A DNA stretch of 64,000 bases from an uncultured Eubacteriales bacterium. GTDB lineage: Bacteria > Bacillota > Clostridia > Christensenellales > CAG-138. Of the stretch, positions 1 through 9,529 are shown piece by piece. The notes under the pieces are model-generated. The model saw only the letters and a program-made list of their open reading frames with translations. It was not told the DNA's origin and made no database searches. Positions within the stretch are counted from its first letter, which is position 1; every line of letters starts with the position of its first letter. The stretch covers positions 22,668-86,667 of the forward strand of contig UQOG01000001.1 in the NCBI GenBank assembly GCA_900542615.1, read 5' to 3'. A program made the position numbers and the translations under genes.

Positions 1-712
1 GGCGGGCAAGTTCCTGATGATCGGCCAGAACCAGCGGCTGGCCAAGGCCCACGTCAAGGCCCGGGAGATCATCGAAAGCGGAGAGATGGGCAAGGTCATC
101 ACCTTTGAGACCCACTTCGCCCATCCCGGCCCGGAGGGCTGGACCGGGGTGCGGGATTCCTGGTTCTTCGACAAGAAGGTGGCTTCCTTCGGGGTCATGG
201 CGGATCTGGGCGTGCATAAGACGGACCTGATCCACTACCTGACCGGCAAGAAGATCGTCCGGACCAGCGCCGTGCTGGCCACCCTGAATAAGACCTTCTC
301 CGACGGCCGGCCCATCACCGTGGACGATAACGCCTACGCCATCTACACCATGGAGGACGGGGTGGTAGGCACCATGCACGTGAGCTGGACCAACTACGGC
401 AACGAGAACAACAGCACCAAGATGTATATGGAGGGCGGCGTGCTGCGGATGTACGACGACCCGAAGTATTCCCTGATCGTAGAAAAGCGGGATGGGGAAG
501 TGATCCCCTATGAGCTGGACCTGCTCACCTCCAACAAGGAGCAGACCAGCGGCGGCCGCACCTCCACCGGGGTGATCGACGCCTTTGTGGAGAGCATCGT
601 CACCAACACCCCGCCTGCCATCAGCGGCGAAAGCGCCATGCACGCCATGAAGGTGGTCTTTGCCAACGAGCAATCCGCCCAGCTGGGCAAGGCCGTGGAC
701 GTACAGCAATAA
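1..712 (+). CDS. Gfo/Idh/MocA-family oxidoreductase, C-terminal part (5' end outside window)
   Basis: Frame open from window edge to stop at 710-712; sequence GKFLMIGQNQR...HFAHPGPEGW resembles the C-terminal domain of Gfo/Idh/MocA dehydrogenases; G/C-rich third codon positions. Confidence 0.8.
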   Translation, partial: AGKFLMIGQNQRLAKAHVKAREIIESGEMGKVITFETHFAHPGPEGWTGVRDSWFFDKKVASFGVMADLGVHKTDLIHYLTGKKIVRTSAVLATLNKTFSDGRPITVDDNAYAIYTMEDGVVGTMHVSWTNYGNENNSTKMYMEGGVLRMYDDPKYSLIVEKRDGEVIPYELDLLTSNKEQTSGGRTSTGVIDAFVESIVTNTPPAISGESAMHAMKVVFANEQSAQLGKAVDVQQ

Positions 713-727
713 AAAGGAGGGATCATC

Positions 728-1717
728 TTGAAACGACCCATCACCATCACCACAGGGCAATTTGGGGACATATCCCTGGAGGACCTTTGCAAGCTAACCA
801 GCCAGATCGGCTATGATGGGCTGGAAATCGCCTGCCATGCCCATTTGGACGTACACCGGGTGCTGGCGGACGACGCCTATGTGGCCGCGTTTCAGGATAC
901 CCTTGCCCGGTATAACCTAAAATGCTGGGCCCTAGGCGCCCACCTGATCGGCCAGTGCGTGGGGGACAATTGGGACCCCCGGCTGGATAATTTCGCCCCC
1001 AGCGCCCTGGCGGGCAAGCCCGAGGAGATCCGCGCCTGGGCCATCGAGGAGATGAAGACCGTGGCCCGGGCGGCCAAGAAGCTGGGTATCCATGTGGTGA
1101 CCTGCTTCCTGGGCTCCCCCATCTGGCCCTATTGGTATTCCTTCCCCCAGACCTCCCAGGAAATGGTGGATGCGGGCTTTGCCCGGATCAAGGAACTGTG
1201 GACCCCCATCTTCGATGTGTTTGACGAATGCGACGTGAAGTTTGCCCTGGAGGTACACCCCACGGAGATCGCCTTCGATTACTACAGCACGGCCAAGCTG
1301 CTGGAGGTCTTTGACCGCCGTCCCACCCTGGGCCTCAACTTCGACCCCTCCCACCTGGTGTGGCAGGGGGTGAATCCCTGCGTGTTCCTGCGGGATTTTG
1401 CGGACCGGGTCTATCACGTGCACATGAAGGACGTGAAGGTGACCCTGGACGGCCGGGCAGGCATCCTGGGCAGCCATATCGAGTTTGGGGACACCCGGCG
1501 GGGCTGGAACTTCGTATCCCTGGGTCACGGCAACGTGGACTTCGACGGCATCATCCGGGAGCTGAACCAGATGGGCTATCACGGCCCCCTGTCCGTGGAA
1601 TGGGAGGACAGCGGCATGGAGCGGACCGCAGGCGCAACGGAAGCCTACGAATTCACCCGCCGCATCAATTTCGAGCCCTCGGACGTGGCCTTTGATTCCG
1701 CGCTGAAAAGCAAATAG
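728..1717 (+). CDS. sugar phosphate isomerase/epimerase (xylose-isomerase-like TIM barrel)
   Basis: 329-aa ORF, TTG start 7 nt after SD aaaaggaggg (711-720); motifs ALEVHPTE and HVHMKD typical of the AP-endonuclease-2/xylose isomerase-like TIM barrel family. Confidence 0.8.
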   Translation: MKRPITITTGQFGDISLEDLCKLTSQIGYDGLEIACHAHLDVHRVLADDAYVAAFQDTLARYNLKCWALGAHLIGQCVGDNWDPRLDNFAPSALAGKPEEIRAWAIEEMKTVARAAKKLGIHVVTCFLGSPIWPYWYSFPQTSQEMVDAGFARIKELWTPIFDVFDECDVKFALEVHPTEIAFDYYSTAKLLEVFDRRPTLGLNFDPSHLVWQGVNPCVFLRDFADRVYHVHMKDVKVTLDGRAGILGSHIEFGDTRRGWNFVSLGHGNVDFDGIIRELNQMGYHGPLSVEWEDSGMERTAGATEAYEFTRRINFEPSDVAFDSALKSK

Positions 1718-1760
1718 GGCAACGTTGGCAAGGGAGTAAGCAAGAACAGGATAATCCGAC

Positions 1761-1789
1761 GGAAAAAGTGGCGTTACGCCACTTTTTCC
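1761..1789 (+). terminator. perfect 13-bp stem-loop ggaaaaagtggcg-tta-cgccactttttcc after the isomerase gene
   Basis: Read directly; A-run and T-run form part of the stem (bidirectional-terminator style). A near-identical palindrome recurs at 51475-51504. Confidence 0.6.
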
Positions 1790-1836
1790 CGGTTTATGCC
1801 GGGGGCGCGACAGCCGTCCGGCCGCAGGAGGAAATC

Positions 1837-2811
1837 ATGCAGGATGTGATCTTAGCCGTTGACATCGGCGGCTCCAAATACATGGTGGGCCTGGTGGACG
1901 GCCAGGGGCGGATACTGGACGCGGCCCGCTATCCCTGGGGCAACGTGACCACGGGGGAAGCGGTGCTCGCCCATATCCGGCAGGCCGCCCAGGCCATGCT
2001 GGACGCCCACCCCGGCCTTAAGCCTCGGGCCATTGGGGCCACCATCCCCGGCCTGGCGGATCCCCGCACAGGCATGTGGGTGGAGGCCAGCTTTTCCGGG
2101 GTGGGGGACGTGGCCGTGGGGCCGGCCTTGCAGGCGGCCTTTGGCGCGCCCGCCTTCATCGACAACGACGGCCAGGCCTGCGCCCTGGCGGAAAAGCTCT
2201 ATGGGGCCTGCAAGGATGTGAAGGATTTCCTCTATCTCACCGTATCCAACGGCTGCGGGGGGGCCATCTTCATGGGGGACCTGCTCTATTATGGGGCCAG
2301 CGGCAACGCGGGGGAGATCGGCCACGTCTGCGTGGAGCCCCAGGGCCGCCCGTGCAACTGCGGGGCCCGGGGCTGCCTGGAAATGCACGCGGCAGGCCCC
2401 GCCCTGGTGAAGAATTACCTGGAGGCAGGGGGCCTTCCTAAGCTCCAGGGCCAGGCCCCCAACGCCAAGGCCATCGCGGATCTGGCCCGGGCGGGGGACC
2501 CGGCGGCTCGGGAGACCTATCGCCTGGAGGGGGTATACCTGGGCCGGGCCATCGCCGCGGCCTGCAACCTGCTCAACCCCAGCAAGGTGATCATCGGCGG
2601 AGGCATCAGCCTGGCCTTCGATCTGTTCGAGGGGTCCCTGTGGGATACCCTGCGGCAATATATCTATTGGAACGCCAACCGGCAGCTGACCATCCAGCCC
2701 ACCGCCCTGGGCTATAACGGGGGCCTGCTGGGGGCGGCGGCAGTGGCGGTATGCGGGCTGGAAAACCGGCACGGCTGGGGCATGGCGGTCCCCCGCCTAT
2801 CCGGGGAATAA
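1837..2811 (+). CDS. ROK-family sugar kinase/regulator
   Basis: Track ORF 1768-2811; preferred start ATG 1837 behind SD ggaggag; DIGGSK ATPase motif and ROK zinc signature CNCGARGCLE. Confidence 0.88.
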   Translation: MQDVILAVDIGGSKYMVGLVDGQGRILDAARYPWGNVTTGEAVLAHIRQAAQAMLDAHPGLKPRAIGATIPGLADPRTGMWVEASFSGVGDVAVGPALQAAFGAPAFIDNDGQACALAEKLYGACKDVKDFLYLTVSNGCGGAIFMGDLLYYGASGNAGEIGHVCVEPQGRPCNCGARGCLEMHAAGPALVKNYLEAGGLPKLQGQAPNAKAIADLARAGDPAARETYRLEGVYLGRAIAAACNLLNPSKVIIGGGISLAFDLFEGSLWDTLRQYIYWNANRQLTIQPTALGYNGGLLGAAAVAVCGLENRHGWGMAVPRLSGE

Positions 2812-2897
2812 AAGGCGGCCCGGCTGCGCAAAAGGGCCCTTGGGACAGGACGGCCCGTTGCCTGGCCGGGATGTAGGAATCTTTTCGTTAAAAACAG

Positions 2898-3386
2898 ATG
2901 ACCAAGCAAGAGGTGTATCGCTTTTTACAGGCGAAGGACATATGGCACGAGATCACCGAGCATCCCCCGGTCTACGATATGGCCGGGCTTGCCCGGATCC
3001 CCATCCCCTACCCGGAGGCGGACGCCAAGAACCTGTTTGTCCGGGAGGATAAAAAGCGGGCCTATTATCTGATCACCGTCAAAGGGGATAAGCGGGTGGA
3101 CCTGAAGGAATTCCGGCGGCGTAACCATACCCGGCCCTTGTCCTTTGCCTCCCCGGCGGAGCTGATGGCCCTGTTGGGGCTGCCCCCGGGCTCGGTCACC
3201 CCGCTGGGGGTGCTGAACGGCGGGGCGGCCAACGTCCACGTTTACCTGGACGCCGCCTTTTTGGAGCCCCCGGGCCTGATCGGCGTGCATCCCAACGACA
3301 ACACGGCCACCGTCTGGCTCAAGGCCGGGGACCTGATCCGCATCATCCAGGAGCAGGGGAACCCGGTGCATGTGGCGCCCCTGTAA
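2898..3386 (+). CDS. YbaK/prolyl-tRNA-synthetase-associated (aminoacyl-tRNA deacylase-like) protein
   Basis: 162-aa ORF; KNLFVRE...YLITV.GDKRVDLK...PGSVTPLGVLN pattern typical of YbaK/EbsC-type editing domains. Confidence 0.72.
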   Translation: MTKQEVYRFLQAKDIWHEITEHPPVYDMAGLARIPIPYPEADAKNLFVREDKKRAYYLITVKGDKRVDLKEFRRRNHTRPLSFASPAELMALLGLPPGSVTPLGVLNGGAANVHVYLDAAFLEPPGLIGVHPNDNTATVWLKAGDLIRIIQEQGNPVHVAPL

Positions 3387-3621
3387 AATTCCCTGGCGGG
3401 ATCGTTCCCGGGGAACGGGACAGAATAAAAGCATCCGGGCAGGACCCCCATAGCAGCGGCCCGCCCAAGCGATCCGCAGGGCAGGCCCCGCCGTGAAGGG
3501 GCAGCCCCTTCCAAGCCTGGCCGGGACAGCGGCAGGGCGCGATGGGCGGCCGCTTATGGGCCGCACCGTTCCGGGGGGCGATGAACGGATCCGATCCATT
3601 TGACAAAAGGAGGTAATTTCC

Positions 3622-4182
3622 ATGCGTAAAAACTTCGGGCCCAAGGCCTGGACCTATCCGCAACCGGTATTCATTGTAGCCGCCTATGGGGCGGATGGAA
3701 CCCCCAACGCCATGAACGCGGCTTGGGGCGGCATCAGCGAGGAAGCCCAACTATCCATGTGCATCAGCGCGGGGCACAAGACCACCGCCAACATCCTGGC
3801 CCGCAAGGCCTTTACCGTGAGCATGGCTACCGCAGAACAGGTGACAGCCTGCGACTATGTGGGGGTGGAATCCGGCAACCAGGCGGCCAACAAGCTGGAG
3901 AAGGCGGGCTGGCACACCACCCGGTCGGAATTTGTGGACGCGCCCCTGATCCAGGAGCTGCCCATGGCGGTGGAATGCCGGCTGGTAAGCTACGACCCGG
4001 AAACCTGCCGGATGGTGGGGGAGATCGTCAACGTAAGCGCAGACGAATCCGTGCTGGGGGCAGACGACATGATCGATCCGGAAAAATTGCAACCCATCGT
4101 CTTTGACCCCATCCACAGCGCCTATCGGAAGCTGGGGGAAAAGGTGGGCAACGCTTTCCGGGACGGGGCCCAGTTGAAATAG
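3622..4182 (+). CDS. flavin reductase-like (FMN-binding split-barrel) protein
   Basis: 186-aa ORF behind SD aaaggaggt; NAMNAAWGG motif; clear paralogue of 13813-14370. Confidence 0.8.
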   Translation: MRKNFGPKAWTYPQPVFIVAAYGADGTPNAMNAAWGGISEEAQLSMCISAGHKTTANILARKAFTVSMATAEQVTACDYVGVESGNQAANKLEKAGWHTTRSEFVDAPLIQELPMAVECRLVSYDPETCRMVGEIVNVSADESVLGADDMIDPEKLQPIVFDPIHSAYRKLGEKVGNAFRDGAQLK

Positions 4183-4314
4183 GACAGTCGCGCCTGGAAA
4201 ACGCGGGCAGGGAGCAGCCGCTTTTTGCCATCCCCGGGGCCTAGCGGGCCGGGCGCGCCGGGCACAGGGGTTCGCGTAGCGTATCCATTGCAAACCGCGC
4301 CTCCTAGAGGGCTA

Positions 4315-4356
4315 CAGGGAAAAGCCGGGCAAGCGCCTTTGACGCCTGCCCGGCTT
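4315..4356 (-). terminator. rho-independent terminator for gene 4362-4838
   Basis: 10-bp stem aagccgggca/tgcccggctt (4322-4331 / 4347-4356) followed on the minus strand by a T-run. Confidence 0.6.
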
Positions 4357-4361
4357 CATCT

Positions 4362-4838
4362 TTACAAATAGGCCTCCAGGATGGCGTTCAGCTGCTGCAG
4401 CTTGTCCAGCAAGGCGGTCAGGACGGCCGAACCATCGGAGAGTTCCGCCTCCACCGGCGCATAAAGGATGTAGTCGGTGCGCGCCGGCGTCTGCGAAGCC
4501 ATAAAAGGCGGCGCGCCTTCGCCCAGCTTTTCGGCCCAAGCGCATTGGGCCTTGCGGTTCACCCCGGAAAGCCATACCTCCAGCTGGAAGTCCCGGTGGA
4601 CAAAGGCGACCACGATCTTTAGCCCCGCCTCCCGCAGCCGGGGGCTGGTAAACTGGAAATAGGCATAATCCATGGCGTTTTCCGCGATACCCCCTTGGAA
4701 GGCGTAATCCGGCAACCGCTTTTCCAGCTGTACCCGCAAATAGCGAAACAACCGAACAAATTCCTGATAGGCCTTTTGCAGGTTCGTGCGCTGCAAAAGG
4801 GCCTTGTAGGATGCTAAAAGCTCCCGGTCAAAGGTCAT
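4362..4838 (-). CDS. conserved hypothetical protein (no function assigned)
   Basis: Track ORF 4362-4916; start moved to ATG 4838 (MTFDRELL...), which overlaps the stop of the upstream gene by 4 nt; good codon bias. Confidence 0.6.
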   Translation of the reverse strand: MTFDRELLASYKALLQRTNLQKAYQEFVRLFRYLRVQLEKRLPDYAFQGGIAENAMDYAYFQFTSPRLREAGLKIVVAFVHRDFQLEVWLSGVNRKAQCAWAEKLGEGAPPFMASQTPARTDYILYAPVEAELSDGSAVLTALLDKLQQLNAILEAYL

Positions 4839-5203
4839 GGCTGCTCGCCCTCCCCTGCAAGAAGTAGCGTTTGCCGGGGCCCGCAGCCCAACGCCTTGCA
4901 ATCCGAAAACAGGCATTCCATGCTGACCGGACGCACCCGGATCAGATGCATGGGCGTTTCCCGCCCTTTAAGAAAGTCCAAGGAAATGCCTTTATAGGCG
5001 GCGTGGGCCAGATAATCCGGAGAAAATGGCTCCACTACCTGGGCCGTGCCCATGATTTGCATTCCGTGCAGGTTCTGAAAGCCCGTATAGCCGTCGAAGA
5101 TGGCCAAACAAACGTTTGGATTTTCCGATAGGCCAATGAATTTTTTGCCGCCCTCGGAAAACATCCAGAAAAAGGAGCCTTCGTGCAGATGTGTGAAAGC
5201 AGA
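4835..5203 (-). pseudogene. pyridoxamine 5'-phosphate oxidase (PNPOx)-family gene, 5'-truncated
   Basis: Only the C-terminal ~120 codons remain (..EGSFFWMFSEGGKKFIGLSENPNVCLAIFDG..). The reading frame runs upstream straight into the stop codon of the IS remnant at 5204-5206, with no N-terminal part or SD. Confidence 0.6.
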
Positions 5204-5548
5204 TTAGCGTCCTGGTAAGCTTGGATGGACAGAGGAACACGACAGCATGATCATAGCAATCATGTTGTCCATGTTCCTGAAACCATAGGCTCTACGGATA
5301 ATCAGCTTAATCTTGTTGTTGGTAGCCTCGATACGAGCGTTAGAAAGCCCATGGGTCGCCGCCGCAACGATAGCCTTGAAGTGCCGCTTAATCTTGAGAC
5401 GGAGTTCACGGAAGGCAGGGATTCTGCACCGTTGCGCCCATCCCATCCACTTGGTCAAGGCCTCTGAGATTTCATCCGAACCCGCCTTGAGGGCCAGCCT
5501 CAGACCTTCCTTCAGCAGGTAGGCACGATAGAGCCGGGGGTTGGCTTT
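5204..5548 (-). mobile_element. ISL3-family transposase, C-terminal fragment only
   Basis: ..NPRLYRAYLLKEGLR...SNARIEATNNKIKLIIRRAYGFRNMDN.. is the characteristic ISL3 transposase C-terminus. The upstream part of the track ORF (to 5734) has no transposase character. Confidence 0.75.
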
Positions 5549-5567
5549 CGTCCCGACTGCACATTTC

Positions 5568-5597
5568 TTGACATTTCCACCATTACTATGGTAAAAT
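5568..5597 (+). promoter_or_regulatory. sigma-70-type promoter (TTGACA, extended -10 TGgTAAAAT)
   Basis: TTGACA 5568-5573, 18-nt spacer, TAAAAT 5592-5597 preceded by TG; about 100 nt upstream of the YgjV-like gene. Confidence 0.5.
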
Positions 5598-5697
5598 ATA
5601 ATTCCAAAATTTGTGTGGATTTTTCTGGAACATCGCATCCATTTTTCGCCACGCGCCCTTGCTGGGTGTGTGGCTTTTTTCATGGGAGGACAGACGA

Positions 5698-6201
5698 ATG
5701 AATGTGCTTTATCAGCTGATCGGCTTTGGTGCAATAATTACTATGGGACTCAGCTACTGGCAGAAGGACAAGCGCATGATCTTGCTGTGGCAGGTAGTTG
5801 CCAATTTGATTTTTGCCATCCATTATGCACTACTTCACGCCCAGTCTGGTGCAGTATGTAGCTTTTTTCAAATTATTGTGTTGATACTTTTCCTATTACA
5901 GGAGCGGTTTCGTTGGAACAAGGTCGCCACGGCGATGCCTATCGCAGCGGTGTTCCTGCTGATTGCTGTGTTAACCTACGAAACGCCAGTGACGCTGCTA
6001 CCTATTTTGGCATCGTTGGTGGCCCTGCTGCCCTTCTTCCAGTCCAACAAGCGGGTGATACAGGGCGCGGGCATTGTCAGCGGCCTTTCGTGGCTGGTGT
6101 ATGTCATTGTAGTGCGTTCCTATTCCGGCATGGTGACGGAGTCCGTGCTGACGGTGATCACGGCGGCGTCCCTGCTGAAAAAGGAACCGAAAAAAAGCTA
6201 A
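5698..6201 (+). CDS. YgjV-family inner-membrane protein
   Basis: Start ATG 5698 after SD gggagga; five or six hydrophobic helices; MNVLYQLIGFGA...SYWQKDK N-terminus typical of YgjV-like proteins. Confidence 0.65.
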   Translation: MNVLYQLIGFGAIITMGLSYWQKDKRMILLWQVVANLIFAIHYALLHAQSGAVCSFFQIIVLILFLLQERFRWNKVATAMPIAAVFLLIAVLTYETPVTLLPILASLVALLPFFQSNKRVIQGAGIVSGLSWLVYVIVVRSYSGMVTESVLTVITAASLLKKEPKKS

Positions 6202-6423
6202 ACGGACAGCCACCCCCAGTGCTTTGCCGAGGGTGGCTGTCGGAGGAGAGTGCCGTTTCAAGCGTAGTGCTTCAGACCCTGCGCCATAGACGCAGCCGTG
6301 CAGCGGCGGGGGGAATGAAGGCGTGTTAACAAACCGGGCGGAATTGGCGGCTTTGCTTGGTGGCCTTTTGTGGCGGGAGCCGGTATAATGATGGGCAAAC
6401 CAACAGATCAGGAGGGATGGGGA

Positions 6424-6552
6424 ATGGGTTTGGGAAGCGGATTGTTCCACGCCCGGAAAAAGAGCGGGCTTTCCCAGGAGAACGTGGCGGAAAAGCTGGG
6501 TGTCAGCCGGCAGACCATCTCCAAATGGGAAACCGGGGGTTCCCAAACTTAA
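6424..6552 (+). pseudogene. XRE-family HTH regulator, truncated to the HTH (42 codons)
   Basis: SGLSQENVAEKLGVSRQTISKWETG is a complete Cro/C1 HTH, but the ORF stops 5 codons later. Confidence 0.6.
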
Positions 6553-6617
6553 AGATACCACACTAAAACCCACGCTTACATTACTTCCAAACAATATAAT
6601 TTTGGAGGTAAAACCCT

Positions 6618-6863
6618 ATGAAACGCCTTGTATCTTGCGAATATAACTTCGATAACTGCTGTGTGGAACTGAAATTCACCGATGGCAGCATAATTGCGAT
6701 TGATACTATCGCCGTTGAGAACGAAGTAGCCGACAATATGTATCAGCGGTCGGAGTTGGATTGGCTGATTTACAACAAACCACTTGAATATGCACAGTTG
6801 ATATTCAGCGGCGAATTGGAAATGTACATCAAAGACAATTCAGAACATAGATTGATAGATTAA
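6618..6863 (+). CDS. small hypothetical protein (81 aa)
   Basis: SD ttggaggt 8 nt upstream of ATG; followed by a strong terminator; no family assigned. Confidence 0.5.
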   Translation: MKRLVSCEYNFDNCCVELKFTDGSIIAIDTIAVENEVADNMYQRSELDWLIYNKPLEYAQLIFSGELEMYIKDNSEHRLID

Positions 6864-6868
6864 CGTAA

Positions 6869-6912
6869 TGCCGCCCACCGGTCATCAGACCGATGGGCGG
6901 CACTTTTTCTTT
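6869..6912. terminator. bidirectional terminator between convergent genes
   Basis: 15-bp stem tgccgcccaccggtc/gaccgatgggcggca (1 mismatch), loop atca, then ctttttcttt. Confidence 0.75.
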
Positions 6913-6925
6913 CTAATGCTCAATA

Positions 6926-8830
6926 TTATTGCATTTGTTCTTCCCAAAAATTCACAGCAAGATCAAGCCACCCATCGGCAACCGTTCCTGTACCGAGACC
7001 AAAGCCGTGTCCGAGTCCGTCGTAGGCATGAAATTCAGTGGAAATACCGAGCGCAGCCATTGTGTCAATCCTCCGTTGCATGGTCTGCCAATTTGCAATA
7101 CCATCGCTCTTGCCGACACAAACAAAGGTTGGGGGATCTTCCTCGCTGTATTCGCTGTGTCCGGTATACTGCATAATCACCGCTCCGGGTTTCGGAAGAT
7201 CATCGCCGCCAAAGCCTGCAGGTCCGTATGTACCGAGATACGCCGCCATTCGTGCACCTGCCGAACCGCCCCAGACAGAATAGCAGTCAGTGCTGACGCC
7301 GAGTTTATCTGCATTCTCAAAAATAAAGCTGATGGCTCTTGCCAAGTCCTCACAGGCGGTTTGCGCTCCGGGACGGTAGATCAAAGCAAATGCGTTGTAC
7401 CCCTTCTTTGAAAGCTCCAGTGCGTGTGGAAAGCTATCGTGCATCGCACCAACGTAGGCAAAACCGCCGCCTGCATTACATACGGCAAAGGGCGCATCTT
7501 TGTCCCCCTTGAAGAAGAACAAGCCCGTATCCGCTTTGTCTGGATCGGCGGATTTTTCTGCATCGGTGTAGATGTCATAGAAGATCGCATTTCCGTTTTG
7601 CGCTTGACTTTTCATATAATTGACGATCTCCACAGTCTTATTTACGTCGATATTCGAGTACCATGTAAGGCGAAGGTCAGTAAGGGTTTCACCGCTGTAA
7701 TAGCCCTCGTCCACGGGAAAGATCAATCTTCCGTAGTCACCGAATACGGGATCGTTCACTACATCGGAAATTTTAGAGTCAGAAGTATAAGGATTGCTTG
7801 TATTCGGTGCATCGTTACCTTTGCTCCAAATGGAAAGAAGTCCGTTATAGGTATATTCCGCAGCGGCGATACCGCTGTGTGAATAGCCTTCTTTTACATA
7901 AAAGACGATATTCTCACCCTCCACAAAGTTTCCGCTTGGCTGAGCGAGCATTCCTTCGATCTGATTTGTAAAATTGTGATACTCAAAGTCATCGGTTCCC
8001 GTACAGGCAAAGATGAAGAAATCCTCGGGGCTGTGACCCGATGCCGTGACCGCCGCATCCACGTCATCTCCCTGATAATCCATCGCTCCGCTTGAAGGGA
8101 TAAAACAGCGGAACTGATCAAGGCAGTTAACGAAGGTGTACCACGTCGTGACTGAGCCCATGGAGAAGCCGCCGAAGGCTCTGTGATCACGGTCGGGGAT
8201 GGTAGCGTAGGTGCTGTCCACGGCAGGAATGAGGTCGTTTACAAGCTCGTTGTGATAATTGACGGTCAGCGTATAGAACGCGAGGGTGTAGTTTGCGCTG
8301 TCGTCTGGATTTTCGTTGTTGTAGGTGGGGCAGACCACGATTATCGGTTCGATCTCGCCGTTCTGAATGGCATGATCGATCACGTTTTTGAATCCCGACG
8401 GACGTTCGGGTGTGCCCATCTGCGTAGTCTCATTGCCCCAACCGCCATGCATATAGTAGAAGGTGTTGTATTCCTTGCTTTCATCGTAGCCGTACGGCAG
8501 ATAAACGATGGCACGCTTGGTCAGTTTGGTAGTTTTTTGCTCGTAGGTTTTGGATTCCCAAGTGTCATAGATCAACTCAACCAGTGTTCCTTGCTCGTCA
8601 GCGGCAGAAAAATACTCACTCGGGATTTCCATTAGCGCATCCGGAATGACAGGTTCGATTGCGTCCCCATCATTTGGCAGAGCCGGAGTATCTGTATCCG
8701 ATATGCTTGGCGTACTTGATGTTGATGGATTCGTGCTGTCTCCGGTTGACGTATCTTCTGCCACACAGGAGGAAAACAGCATACAAAACATTACTGCTGT
8801 CAGCAGAACAGCAAATATACGCCTTATCAT
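6926..8830 (-). CDS. exported two-domain esterase lipoprotein (putative-esterase domain + alpha/beta-hydrolase-fold-3-like domain)
   Basis: 634 aa; lipobox MLFSSC; S/T/P-rich linker. First half resembles the esterase/feruloyl-esterase family (GFSMGS nucleophile elbow). Second half has GGSAGA elbow and HGFG near the C-terminus. Confidence 0.75.
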   Translation of the reverse strand: MIRRIFAVLLTAVMFCMLFSSCVAEDTSTGDSTNPSTSSTPSISDTDTPALPNDGDAIEPVIPDALMEIPSEYFSAADEQGTLVELIYDTWESKTYEQKTTKLTKRAIVYLPYGYDESKEYNTFYYMHGGWGNETTQMGTPERPSGFKNVIDHAIQNGEIEPIIVVCPTYNNENPDDSANYTLAFYTLTVNYHNELVNDLIPAVDSTYATIPDRDHRAFGGFSMGSVTTWYTFVNCLDQFRCFIPSSGAMDYQGDDVDAAVTASGHSPEDFFIFACTGTDDFEYHNFTNQIEGMLAQPSGNFVEGENIVFYVKEGYSHSGIAAAEYTYNGLLSIWSKGNDAPNTSNPYTSDSKISDVVNDPVFGDYGRLIFPVDEGYYSGETLTDLRLTWYSNIDVNKTVEIVNYMKSQAQNGNAIFYDIYTDAEKSADPDKADTGLFFFKGDKDAPFAVCNAGGGFAYVGAMHDSFPHALELSKKGYNAFALIYRPGAQTACEDLARAISFIFENADKLGVSTDCYSVWGGSAGARMAAYLGTYGPAGFGGDDLPKPGAVIMQYTGHSEYSEEDPPTFVCVGKSDGIANWQTMQRRIDTMAALGISTEFHAYDGLGHGFGLGTGTVADGWLDLAVNFWEEQMQ

Positions 8831-9516
8831 TTCGTCAGCCCCAGACCCTCAAGCCATTCCTTTACTGCTTCTTCAGAGCCTTCGACACGATCTCCCCACA
8901 GAGAAAGGGCATCATCGCTTCTGACGGTAGAGTTGGGGCAAAGTTTTTCAATGGTATCAAGACTGGATGCGCCGCCGGTGCTGCCGTTGTGTGTAAAATA
9001 CGGAATAATCGTCTTGCCCGAAAGATCATATGCTTCAAGAAACGTCCATACGGGCATGGGCAGATCATACCACCAGATCGGAAAGCCGAGGAGAATGGTG
9101 TCATACTGTGCGATCACATCCGCTTCGGGCAGATCGGTAAGCTCGGGACGAATACCGTCATTCAGCTCGTCCTGCGCGCGCTCAAAGAGGTTTTCCCATT
9201 CGTAAGGGTCGGCAGGAGTAAGACGGAGTGTATCGGCTTCAAACTCTGCTGTAATCATTTCGGTGAGCTTATGTGTGTTGCCGGAGTTGGAGAAATAGAC
9301 GATCAAAACCTCTCCATTTCCATCTTCGCCCGCAGAGGGCGTGGAAGTATCTGCTGGATTTTCGGAATTGTCCGGTTGCTGTTCATTGTTGGTTGTGCTG
9401 TTGTTTTGTGTCGCACTGCCCTCCGTATTGCTGCTGTTGTCGGAACAACCGACACAGACGAGCAGAAGAAAACAGGCGAGCATAATAGTGAAAATTCTTT
9501 TTATCATTGATCTCAT
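8827..9516 (-). CDS. exported flavodoxin-like lipoprotein
   Basis: Lipobox LLLVCVGCS, low-complexity linker, then VLIVYFSNSGNT...LLGFPIWWYDLP (flavodoxin_4-type FMN-binding signature). The 4-nt overlap with the downstream gene suggests translational coupling. Confidence 0.75.
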   Translation of the reverse strand: MRSMIKRIFTIMLACFLLLVCVGCSDNSSNTEGSATQNNSTTNNEQQPDNSENPADTSTPSAGEDGNGEVLIVYFSNSGNTHKLTEMITAEFEADTLRLTPADPYEWENLFERAQDELNDGIRPELTDLPEADVIAQYDTILLGFPIWWYDLPMPVWTFLEAYDLSGKTIIPYFTHNGSTGGASSLDTIEKLCPNSTVRSDDALSLWGDRVEGSEEAVKEWLEGLGLTK

Positions 9517-9529
9517 TGACTCCTTATGA

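Noticed and set aside
3387-3621. Possible FMN (RFN) or other riboswitch upstream of the flavin reductase gene. The string aaattccctggcgg resembles part of the RFN core.
   Set aside because: Only that short string matches, and part of it lies in the preceding gene's 3' end. I could not find the remaining conserved RFN helices or loops. This needs a covariance-model scan before any claim.
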